A model generated the notes under the pieces. It was not told where the DNA came from and did no database searches. It saw only the letters and a program-made list of their open reading frames with translations. A DNA stretch of 64,000 nucleotides from a plasmid, in the sequence record NZ_CP027239.1; one strand, written 5' to 3'. The position numbers and the translations under genes were made by a program. This document shows, one piece after another, positions 57,050-64,000 of the stretch; the stretch's first letter is position 1; the number at the start of each line of letters is the position of its first letter.

Positions 57050-59158
57050 GTGTGTATCGCAGAAGACCAGCCCGGCGGGCCCAAAAGGTGCCCAGCCGAC
57101 ACCGCCAAAGCGGTCGCTGACGCAGAAGCTCGAGTGCAAGCGATCCTCGCCCAGCGAGAGGAAATCGAAGCCAACCTCGCCCTGATCGAAGCGAAGTTCC
57201 TGTCCGGTGACCCTGCAGCGGTCGCCGCGGACCTGGATAGCGCCAAGACCGACCTCGACTTCGCCAAGACCGACCTCGAGGAAGCGAGCGAGCACCACGG
57301 CCTTCAAGAGAAGCTCGCCCAGGCACAGAAGACGCCAGCGCAGACCTACCTCGAATCCACCGAAGCAGACCTCGCCCAAGCCGAACTGGACGCCGACGAA
57401 GCCCGCAAGGCCTACCAGCGGGTACAGCGCAAGACCTCCGCCGCGAAGAAGAACCTCGCCGAAGGCGAGACGACCTCCCCCGAACTGGAAGAGCTCGAGC
57501 AGCAGAAGCTCGAAGCCAAACTCCACTGGGACACCTGCAAGGCAGATGTGAAGCTGCAGGAAAAGCGCGTCGCCGAAGCCGGCCAGTTCATCAAAGACGA
57601 GAACCTCGGCCGTGAATGGGCCGCATCCACAGACCTGCCAGAAGAAGAGCGGGATGCCTACCTGGCTGGGCTGTCCGACGAGGATCTCGAGGCGATCGGC
57701 CGGTACCAGGCCCACGGTCTCCGGGCCGAGATTGACGAAGCGCTGCCCGTTGGCGGGACTCCGACGATCGACGACCGTGAACGTGACACCAGCATCTACG
57801 GTCCTGGCACCATCACCTGGCACCACGGTGGCGCGGTCGAAGAGGTCGAAGGTCGAATCCTGGACGCCGACACCGCCATCTACCGCAAGGGCTACGGCGA
57901 CTTTTACATCCTGCTCAAAAACGGTGACGAGTACGAAACTGTCGGGCAGGCCGATTCCAAGGCCGCAGCAGTGGCCCAGGCGAACCAGATTCCGGTCCTG
58001 ACCCAGATGGAGCCGCTACCTGACGGTGCCACTGAGCTGCAACGCGAGGTGTGGCAAGCCAAGGCGGAACTGCGGGCAGGTGCAGCGGAGCAAGCCGCGG
58101 TGGTCTCATCGGCGAAGGCCCAAGCCGAGGCGCGGGCAAAGCTCGCCGACGTCGAGGGGGCAGCCCGGGACCGCGTGGTGGACCTCAGCGTGGTGGGCCC
58201 GGTCCAGGCTGAGGCCAGGGACGGCCGGCTGCGGCACGTCAAGCGCGAACGGGAGAAGGCCGCCGACGCCGCTGGAGCCAAGGCCCGCGAGGAGGCGCTG
58301 GCTGCTGGAGCGTCGGCGGCGGACGCGGACAAGGCGTACGAGACGGCCCGGCGGAAGTCGCTGGGCACCGTGACGCTGCGCGGCGGGGTGATCCCGCATT
58401 TCAACCACCGCATCCCCCCCGAGAGTCTGGGGCAAGACGGCTACAACGCCCTGGCGCGCAGTGGCATCCGCGCATGGGGCGTGGAAACGGCGAACGACTA
58501 CTCCGTGATCGGGAAACGACTCGGCAGCCCGCAGTCGTGGGGGTTCCACGGTGGGCCGCACAATCTGCAGACGTCGAATATCGACGAGCTGACCAACCGG
58601 GCCAGGCCCTTCCTGAACAACGAGCTCACCGCAGCGGAGCGCAAGTCCCTGACGGCCTACACGGGCGGGATCTACCAGAGCATCAACGCCGCGGTCACCG
58701 GGCGGGACAAGAACCCGGCGTCGAGCATCGCCACCCACGTCTCCCGAATTGAGTCAGCGTTCGGCAAGTTGGCGGCCTCCCAGAAGCACGCGGAGCCGAT
58801 GGTCGTCGTGCGTGGCACGGGCGTTCCGTCGGGTTGGAAGGGCACCACGAAGGAATTTCTGGACAAGACCTTCACCCCAGGCAGTCGCGTCGAGATTGGA
58901 AAAATTACCTCTACCAGCACCAAAACGTCGATCGCTTCCGGGTTCGGCAACGGTAAGGACCCGTACGTCATGGCGATCCGCTCACGCACCGGGCTGGCGG
59001 TCAAGAGCATCTCCAGTCACAGTCACGAAGATGAGGTGCTGATGACGATGGGCACCAAGATGCGCTGCGTCGACATCCAGGAGAAGGGGATGCACGGCCG
59101 CCCGACCGTCTACCTCGTGGAAGAGGACCTCGTCGCTGAGGCCGAAGATGGGCTGTGA
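57050..59158 (+). CDS. C3/VIP2/SpvB-type mono-ADP-ribosyltransferase domain protein with long N-terminal coiled-coil/acidic region
   Basis: C-terminal domain has LTAAERKSLTAYTGGIYQSINAAVTG (the E..A...YT...Y..IN NAD-pocket helix), VVVRGTG (Arg), KITSTSTKTS (STS motif) and HEDEVLM (E-x-E). N-terminal ~450 aa is Ala/Glu/Lys-rich. Confidence 0.85.
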   Translation: MCIAEDQPGGPKRCPADTAKAVADAEARVQAILAQREEIEANLALIEAKFLSGDPAAVAADLDSAKTDLDFAKTDLEEASEHHGLQEKLAQAQKTPAQTYLESTEADLAQAELDADEARKAYQRVQRKTSAAKKNLAEGETTSPELEELEQQKLEAKLHWDTCKADVKLQEKRVAEAGQFIKDENLGREWAASTDLPEEERDAYLAGLSDEDLEAIGRYQAHGLRAEIDEALPVGGTPTIDDRERDTSIYGPGTITWHHGGAVEEVEGRILDADTAIYRKGYGDFYILLKNGDEYETVGQADSKAAAVAQANQIPVLTQMEPLPDGATELQREVWQAKAELRAGAAEQAAVVSSAKAQAEARAKLADVEGAARDRVVDLSVVGPVQAEARDGRLRHVKREREKAADAAGAKAREEALAAGASAADADKAYETARRKSLGTVTLRGGVIPHFNHRIPPESLGQDGYNALARSGIRAWGVETANDYSVIGKRLGSPQSWGFHGGPHNLQTSNIDELTNRARPFLNNELTAAERKSLTAYTGGIYQSINAAVTGRDKNPASSIATHVSRIESAFGKLAASQKHAEPMVVVRGTGVPSGWKGTTKEFLDKTFTPGSRVEIGKITSTSTKTSIASGFGNGKDPYVMAIRSRTGLAVKSISSHSHEDEVLMTMGTKMRCVDIQEKGMHGRPTVYLVEEDLVAEAEDGL

Positions 59159-59180
59159 TTGGGGCAGTTGATCGTCGGTG

Positions 59181-59190
59181 CTGCTGCACC
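59181..59190 (+). promoter_or_regulatory. CTGCTGCACC conserved upstream motif (representative copy)
   Basis: ~85 nt upstream of ATG 59274. Confidence 0.5.
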
Positions 59191-59273
59191 GCGCAAGCCC
59201 CATGATTGACTCGATTCATACCAACGGACTGAGCCTTACACCGAGGAGGACTCACCACCGGAAAGGACACGAC

Positions 59274-59480
59274 ATGAAGGTCAGCAAGGAACAGATCCAG
59301 ATTCTGAACGAGCACATCGCAGAGAACCCGGACCAGGGGCCGCACGAGATCGCCCGCTACATCGCCCGCATCACTGACATGGGTGAAGACGACACTTTCG
59401 CCCTGGCCACCATCGTGAAGCACCTCAAGAACGGCGACCCGCTCCCGGCCGCGTACCTGGCCGAAGACCAGGGCGACTGA
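59274..59480 (+). CDS. hypothetical small acidic protein between the transferase and hydrolase genes
   Basis: GGAAAGGACACGAC-ATG. 68 aa. Its stop overlaps the hydrolase start. Confidence 0.5.
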   Translation: MKVSKEQIQILNEHIAENPDQGPHEIARYIARITDMGEDDTFALATIVKHLKNGDPLPAAYLAEDQGD

Positions 59481-60583
59481 TGAGCCAGGCAGACAACACG
59501 GCCCGCTACGCCAACGCGCTGATCGGCGGAGCCGCCGGCGACGCCTGGGGCTACCAGGTCGAGTTCACCAAGTACCCGAAGATGCCCGCCTACCCCGTGA
59601 GCCCGCCGGCCGGCGACTGGATCATCTCCGATGACACCCAGATGCTGCTGGCGACCCACAACGCGCTGCACGATGTCGTGGACTTCGATGACATCGACGA
59701 GGTGGCCGAGGTGATCCTCGACCGGTACCTGGACTGGGCGGTAGACCCAGACAACAACCGAGCGCCCGGGACGACGTGCATGAGTGCGCTCTGGAACATC
59801 GAATCGGGCAAGCATTGGAACGCCGGCGGTGCCCGCTACTCGGCGGGCTGCGGCGCGGTCATGCGGCTGGCCCCGGCTGCGTTCGCCCCGCAGCAGTACC
59901 GGCGAGGTCTGGCCGTGCTGCAGGCCGTCGTCACCCACCGCCACCCCAAGGCCGCCCTGTCGGCGCTGCTGCTGTGCGATGCCTTCACCGTCGCCGGCCA
60001 GGCACCGCTCCTGGAGCACGCCCGAGCTGACCTGATGACGCTCGCGACCCGCCTGCCGGATGCGTGGGCAGACGACGACTACCTCCTGCGAGTCCTGGCC
60101 CTGCTGACCGACGACCCGCACGCCTACCTGTCTTCCGCACTTGGCCCCGAGCCCGGCCGTCGCGGGCCGTCGATGGAGCAGGCGTTCACCGCAGCGGCAG
60201 AACGTCTGGCCATCGAAACCCACTCCACCGGCTGGGCTGGTGACCCCTGCGCCGGAATCGGCGAAGGTTGGGACGCAGCAACCGCCACCGCACTGGGGAT
60301 GCTGGCCGCCGACCTGCACCGCAACGGCCGCCTCGGCCCGGTGGAGGCCATTGCCTGGGCGGCGACCAGCAACGGCGACTCCGACTCAATCGCCACCCTC
60401 GCCGGCGCCCTCATCGGAGCCGCCAGCAGCGACCCCGGATTCTGGGGCGACCACCAGCTGGGCCTATGCCTGGAGCCGCGCTACGCAGACGAAATCGACA
60501 ACGCCGCATCGCAGGGCCCCGCAAGCACCCTGGCCGGGGTATCAGCAGCCATGGATCGACCAGTGGGCCTGACAGGCGTCTAG
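59480..60583 (+). CDS. ADP-ribosylglycohydrolase (DraG/Tri1-like)
   Basis: GGAAGDAWGYQVEF and SDDTQMLLA motifs characteristic of the ADP-ribosylglycohydrolase family. 367 aa. Confidence 0.85.
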   Translation: MSQADNTARYANALIGGAAGDAWGYQVEFTKYPKMPAYPVSPPAGDWIISDDTQMLLATHNALHDVVDFDDIDEVAEVILDRYLDWAVDPDNNRAPGTTCMSALWNIESGKHWNAGGARYSAGCGAVMRLAPAAFAPQQYRRGLAVLQAVVTHRHPKAALSALLLCDAFTVAGQAPLLEHARADLMTLATRLPDAWADDDYLLRVLALLTDDPHAYLSSALGPEPGRRGPSMEQAFTAAAERLAIETHSTGWAGDPCAGIGEGWDAATATALGMLAADLHRNGRLGPVEAIAWAATSNGDSDSIATLAGALIGAASSDPGFWGDHQLGLCLEPRYADEIDNAASQGPASTLAGVSAAMDRPVGLTGV

Positions 60584-60760
60584 AAGGCCGAGTGTTCCGC
60601 AGGCTTGAAGACGCCGCGCGGGTCAAGGAGTCGGTGCGGGTCTTCACCACGACGGGGCAGACCTTCGTTGGCCTCCCGTCGTTCCGGCACTCCTGCGCGC
60701 GGTCGGCTTTTCTCTGACGGCGGAGGAGATGACGTCCATGGCGGGACGATGCGTGACTGC

Positions 60761-61180
60761 CTACGCGGAGCCGTCCGTAATGATCGAGCTGAATAACGCG
60801 ACCTTCGTGAGCGGCAGCACCAGCGTCCACTCCTGCGCTTTGGAAGGCACGATGGCCAGGTACCCGACGCCTTGTTCCCAGGCGTCGACACCCATCAGGG
60901 TGTTGCCGCTAAGTCGCGCTGCAGCCGGGTGGTCAATGGCGCGAAGCTGGTCGGCGACGCCCTGATCGACGGTCACGTTCATGCGTTGGGCGGTTGCCGG
61001 GAGCAACGTGGGGAGGATGACGACATCGGAGTTAGGGGATAAGGACCCGACTCCGCTGAGTACCGACGCAAGGTCGTCGATCTTCCCGGGCAGGTCCGCC
61101 ACGTCGTCGGACAGTCGTCGCACGGCATCGGAGAGCTCAGACAATGCAGCTTCGCCGAGGCCTTCGTCATTCGGTTGCAT
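60761..61180 (-). CDS. hypothetical protein (lower-GC)
   Basis: Start MQPNDEGLGEAALSELSDAVRRL with GGGAGGGG RBS. The N-terminal 100 aa of the track ORF looks spurious. Confidence 0.45.
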   Translation of the reverse strand: MQPNDEGLGEAALSELSDAVRRLSDDVADLPGKIDDLASVLSGVGSLSPNSDVVILPTLLPATAQRMNVTVDQGVADQLRAIDHPAAARLSGNTLMGVDAWEQGVGYLAIVPSKAQEWTLVLPLTKVALFSSIITDGSA

Positions 61181-61341
61181 GGACAGTGCCCCTCCCGTTG
61201 ATTGCTCGTCGATTCTGGCACGCGAAATGGCCCACCGAGGGCGGTCGCCGCCGAACGGTGCGCCACGGTGGAGGAGCTGTTGCCAGGCCGCTCGTTCGAG
61301 ACGGTGCGCTACGACCTGCTCATTCACTAAGGAGATCAGTT

Positions 61342-62253
61342 TCAGGCGGCGTGATCCCCGGGCTCGCCCCATCGCACCCAGTCGCCGTCGTCCCAGTTGT
61401 AGCCGCGGTGCCAGGCCGCGTCGGAGACGATGTCGCGCACCTGCGGAGTGCAGGTGTCGGTGATGGCCTTGTCGGCGGTCAGCCACAGAGCGTCGGTGAC
61501 CCGCATGAGAGCTGTGGTCTCCGCCGGTGACAGCTGTTCGAGATCGACATGCTGGGCAAGTCGGTTGAGCACATCCGCGGTGGTGCAGATCGGGAACCGA
61601 TCGGCCTTGAGCCGGTACCAGACATCGGGCACCGCGTAGAGCTCATTGATGTCGGTCGAGCGGTCGGCGATGACCTGCAAGACCTTCATCGGGGAGGGGT
61701 GGAGCAGGTACTTGATGACCTGCGGTCTCACCGGCTCGTACTCGTCGGCCACGCCTTTGCGCTTCTTGAGGCCATTGCAGTCGTAGCCGCCCACTTCATC
61801 GAACTCGTCGGCGTTGATCCACCGCTTGTCGAGGATGTCCTGGTAGCGGCGCATGTGGGCGGCCTGCTCGGCAGTGACCTCGACAGCGTCACAGTCCAGC
61901 AGCTGCTGGACTGTGATGCCGTGGTTCCACTGCGGCGGTGTCTTACCGGGCTTGTGCTCGGTGCGGGCCAGCTCTGTCCGCTCTCCGGCAGGGGAGTAGT
62001 CGACTGCGGTGAAGTCGGCGCCGTTGCCTGACTCCTCGACGACCGGGGTGCGACCGCCGGGCCAGTCTGCCGGGTCGAGCTGCGGGAACAGGGCCAGGAC
62101 CAGGGCCTCGCGGAGGTGCTCACTGTGGTCGGTGGCCAACTGGGCGATCGCCTTGTTCAGCGGCGCCTCGAGGAAGCCGAAGCCGACGCCGGTGGAGCGG
62201 TCGATCCAGCGGGAACGGATGGGCTCGGTGTAGGGGGTGCGGGGCGTGTTCAT
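61342..62253 (-). CDS. hypothetical protein
   Basis: 303-aa ORF. AAAGGAGAAC RBS. Confidence 0.65.
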   Translation of the reverse strand: MNTPRTPYTEPIRSRWIDRSTGVGFGFLEAPLNKAIAQLATDHSEHLREALVLALFPQLDPADWPGGRTPVVEESGNGADFTAVDYSPAGERTELARTEHKPGKTPPQWNHGITVQQLLDCDAVEVTAEQAAHMRRYQDILDKRWINADEFDEVGGYDCNGLKKRKGVADEYEPVRPQVIKYLLHPSPMKVLQVIADRSTDINELYAVPDVWYRLKADRFPICTTADVLNRLAQHVDLEQLSPAETTALMRVTDALWLTADKAITDTCTPQVRDIVSDAAWHRGYNWDDGDWVRWGEPGDHAA

Positions 62254-62275
62254 CGTGGGTTCTCCTTTGCGGTGG

Positions 62276-62749
62276 TCAGCTCTGGTCTTCGCCGCGGGCG
62301 TGGAAGGCGGTGATGGACTCGGTGATTCCGTCGACGATTTCGGGGATCGAGGTGATGACTCCGACCTCGTTCTGCAGTAACGTCAGCGCCTCGGCGCTCA
62401 GGGGCAGACTGTCGCCTGTCTCGGGATTCCCGGCCTGCAGAACCACTGGTCCGTGAAGGACCGCGTTGTCTGCGCCGAGTGCCTGGGCGAGCACTGTTGC
62501 CGCCATGTTCCGGGGCCGCTCGTAGGCGGACATGCGCCCGTACCAGAAGTCGAGTGCCATGCCGTTCAGCACGGCGGCAAGGCGCGGCCCGGGCCGTCGG
62601 TTGAGGGACGGGTTGACGGGCAGGACCTCGGCTCGTCGGGCGCCGATCAGAGGGTAAATGTCCTCCAGGTCGTGAATGTGCGGCTGAGTCTCGACAGGCC
62701 AGGTCGTGCCGTCGACGGCGATCACGAGTGCGGTGGCTTGGTTGCTCAT
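62276..62749 (-). CDS. DUF3846-like protein (paralog 3 of 3)
   Basis: ALVIAVDGTT...LHGPVVLQAGNPETGDSLPLSAEAL. Confidence 0.65.
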   Translation of the reverse strand: MSNQATALVIAVDGTTWPVETQPHIHDLEDIYPLIGARRAEVLPVNPSLNRRPGPRLAAVLNGMALDFWYGRMSAYERPRNMAATVLAQALGADNAVLHGPVVLQAGNPETGDSLPLSAEALTLLQNEVGVITSIPEIVDGITESITAFHARGEDQS

Positions 62750-62771
62750 GGTGGGTTCTCCGTTGTGGTTG

Positions 62772-63269
62772 TCAGTGGTTCTCGGAGTGGGTGCGCAGGA
62801 TGGCTACGCCTCCGGCGGGTTCGCTGGTCAGCGATTCCAGGTAGAGGGGGCCGTTGCCGTTGGGGGAGCGGACCTGGAGCCGGCCGCCGGGGAGGGCTTC
62901 GATGTGCCAGCCGCAGACCATTGCGGACTGGGTGTCATCGCTGGGGACCGCCTCCGGCTGGTAGTCCCACAGCTTGATGGGGTTGGCTGCGCCTCGGACC
63001 CAGGGGTTGGGAACTTCCTGTCCGATTAGGTCTGCCCGCTCGGGGGCTGCGCCGAGCTCGAAGACAACCTTCCCGCCGCTGTCGTCTGGGCGGCTGTGGC
63101 CGAGGACGCGCCACACGCCGACGATGGTGTTGTCGCGCACGGCTGCCAGATAGTCGCCGTAGCCGCGGATCGACTCCTCTGCGACCTTCCAGTACTTGCT
63201 CGCGGCCTCCATGAGCTGCTGTTCGGTGACGGCTCCCACGGCCGATCGGCTGACGTTTACAAGGATCAT
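62772..63269 (-). CDS. hypothetical protein (start MILVNVSRSAVG)
   Basis: GAGAGAGGG RBS. The track ORF extension to 63446 covers the AT-rich palindrome and promoter motif and is probably non-coding. Confidence 0.5.
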   Translation of the reverse strand: MILVNVSRSAVGAVTEQQLMEAASKYWKVAEESIRGYGDYLAAVRDNTIVGVWRVLGHSRPDDSGGKVVFELGAAPERADLIGQEVPNPWVRGAANPIKLWDYQPEAVPSDDTQSAMVCGWHIEALPGGRLQVRSPNGNGPLYLESLTSEPAGGVAILRTHSENH

Positions 63270-63298
63270 GTCCGGTCCCTCTCTCGATGTTGTGACGC

Positions 63299-63313
63299 TA
63301 TCTAATTTAGATA
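63299..63313. promoter_or_regulatory. AT-rich palindrome TATCTAA-t-TTAGATA in divergent intergenic region
   Basis: Perfect 7-bp arms. Unusual in ~70% GC DNA. Confidence 0.4.
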
Positions 63314-63372
63314 CGCACGGCCTTGTTGTCAATACGTCTTTGGAAGATGTTCCGAGGTTCTGAACCGAGACG

Positions 63373-63382
63373 CTGCTGCACC
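63373..63382 (+). promoter_or_regulatory. CTGCTGCACC conserved upstream motif (representative copy)
   Basis: 65 nt upstream of ATG 63447. Confidence 0.5.
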
Positions 63383-63446
63383 TGGGATTTGTGCCGGAAT
63401 CATCGCCGAAGACAACGACGTCTTCCTGGTGAAAGGAGCCCGTCAT

Positions 63447-64000
63447 GGGTTCGATCAGCTATCCCAAGTCCCCTGGCCGCACGACCGACCAGGAGCTGCG
63501 GGCCTACCTGGCCGAGAACCTGCCCGCCGGCCATAGTGTGGTCGCGCAGGCCACCCGGCCTGCACTTGATTATGAGTTCTCCCGCGAGTTGTTCGCAGCG
63601 GTCGAGGACGGCGATGGCAACGTCACCTGCCACGTCCTGCTGGGCGGCTCCCAGAACGGAGAGATGTACATCAAGGCCCTGCATGAGGACATGGGTCCGT
63701 GCGTGAACCCGGATCCACCCGCGCGCGTGCTCGCTGCACTGACGCCGACGGACTCCAAGTACGCCCTCGAGTTTCGTGCCGCCGCGGCCGATGCGTTGGA
63801 GCGCAAGAAGGTGGCGAAGGCCATGATCGGCCTGCACCTCCGGTTCGACGTCCCGTTCCCGTACCCGGGCGAGGACGCCGAGCGCACCGACTTTCGTGTG
63901 CAGTCGATGAGCAGGTTCACCCGCCCCGACGGCACCGGGCTTTACCGCGCACCCAAGGGCTGGTGGATGCGCACCTTTCGTGTCGTCCCTGCGGCTGATA
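63447..64000 (+). CDS. hypothetical protein, 3-prime end beyond the window
   Basis: AAAGGAG RBS. MGSISYPKSPGRTTDQELRAYLAENLPAGH... Open to the window end, so absent from the ORF track. Confidence 0.6.

Noticed and set aside
62772-63446. Full-length 224-aa minus-strand ORF
   Set aside because: Its first ~59 codons cover the AT-rich palindrome and the CTGCTGCACC motif of the divergent gene. Shortened to the internal start at 63269.
1-64000. CRISPR arrays, tRNA and rRNA genes
   Set aside because: No regularly spaced identical repeats with unique spacers. The repeat families found are iterons, tandem 23-mers and promoter motifs. No cloverleaf-like or rRNA-like conserved stretches recognised by eye. 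A tRNA scan would be needed to exclude tRNAs formally.

Overview
High-GC (~70%) actinobacterial DNA that reads as a plasmid or integrative-element backbone with a long accessory gene array, not core chromosome. A replication-relaxation gene (cut by the window edge) is followed by about 1.7 kb of strand-asymmetric G-rich non-coding DNA. From ~3.5 kb to ~60.6 kb nearly all genes lie on the + strand and are mostly small hypothetical proteins. More than 25 of them are preceded by the same 10-mer, CTGCTGCACC, 50-100 nt upstream. Six carry an additional palindrome-plus-CTGTCCG element further upstream. Recognisable modules are as follows. (1) A uracil-DNA-glycosylase-like protein next to an SRAP/YedK peptidase. 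(2) An IS1182-family insertion sequence. (3) A frameshifted collagen-like repeat remnant. (4) A parA-small parB/parG-like partition pair with a ribbon-helix-helix regulator. (5) An iteron array plus AT-rich tract upstream of a putative initiator and a DnaC/IstB-like helicase loader. (6) A MinD/ParA-like ATPase with a long disordered N-terminus, next to a RecG-family helicase. (7) A 1.2 kb single-gene cassette flanked by 103-bp direct repeats at the 3-prime end of a host gene. (8) Tandem paralog families, and DUF1281-, DUF2786- and DUF3846-like proteins that in my experience appear on plasmid and phage accessory regions. (9) A C3/VIP2-type ADP-ribosyltransferase followed by an ADP-ribosylglycohydrolase. 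I regard the ADP-ribosyltransferase-hydrolase pair and the window-wide conserved upstream motif as the most interesting signals. No rRNA, tRNA or CRISPR array was recognised. Coordinates of starts are by-eye estimates (RBS plus ATG/GTG) and may be off by one alternative start codon.
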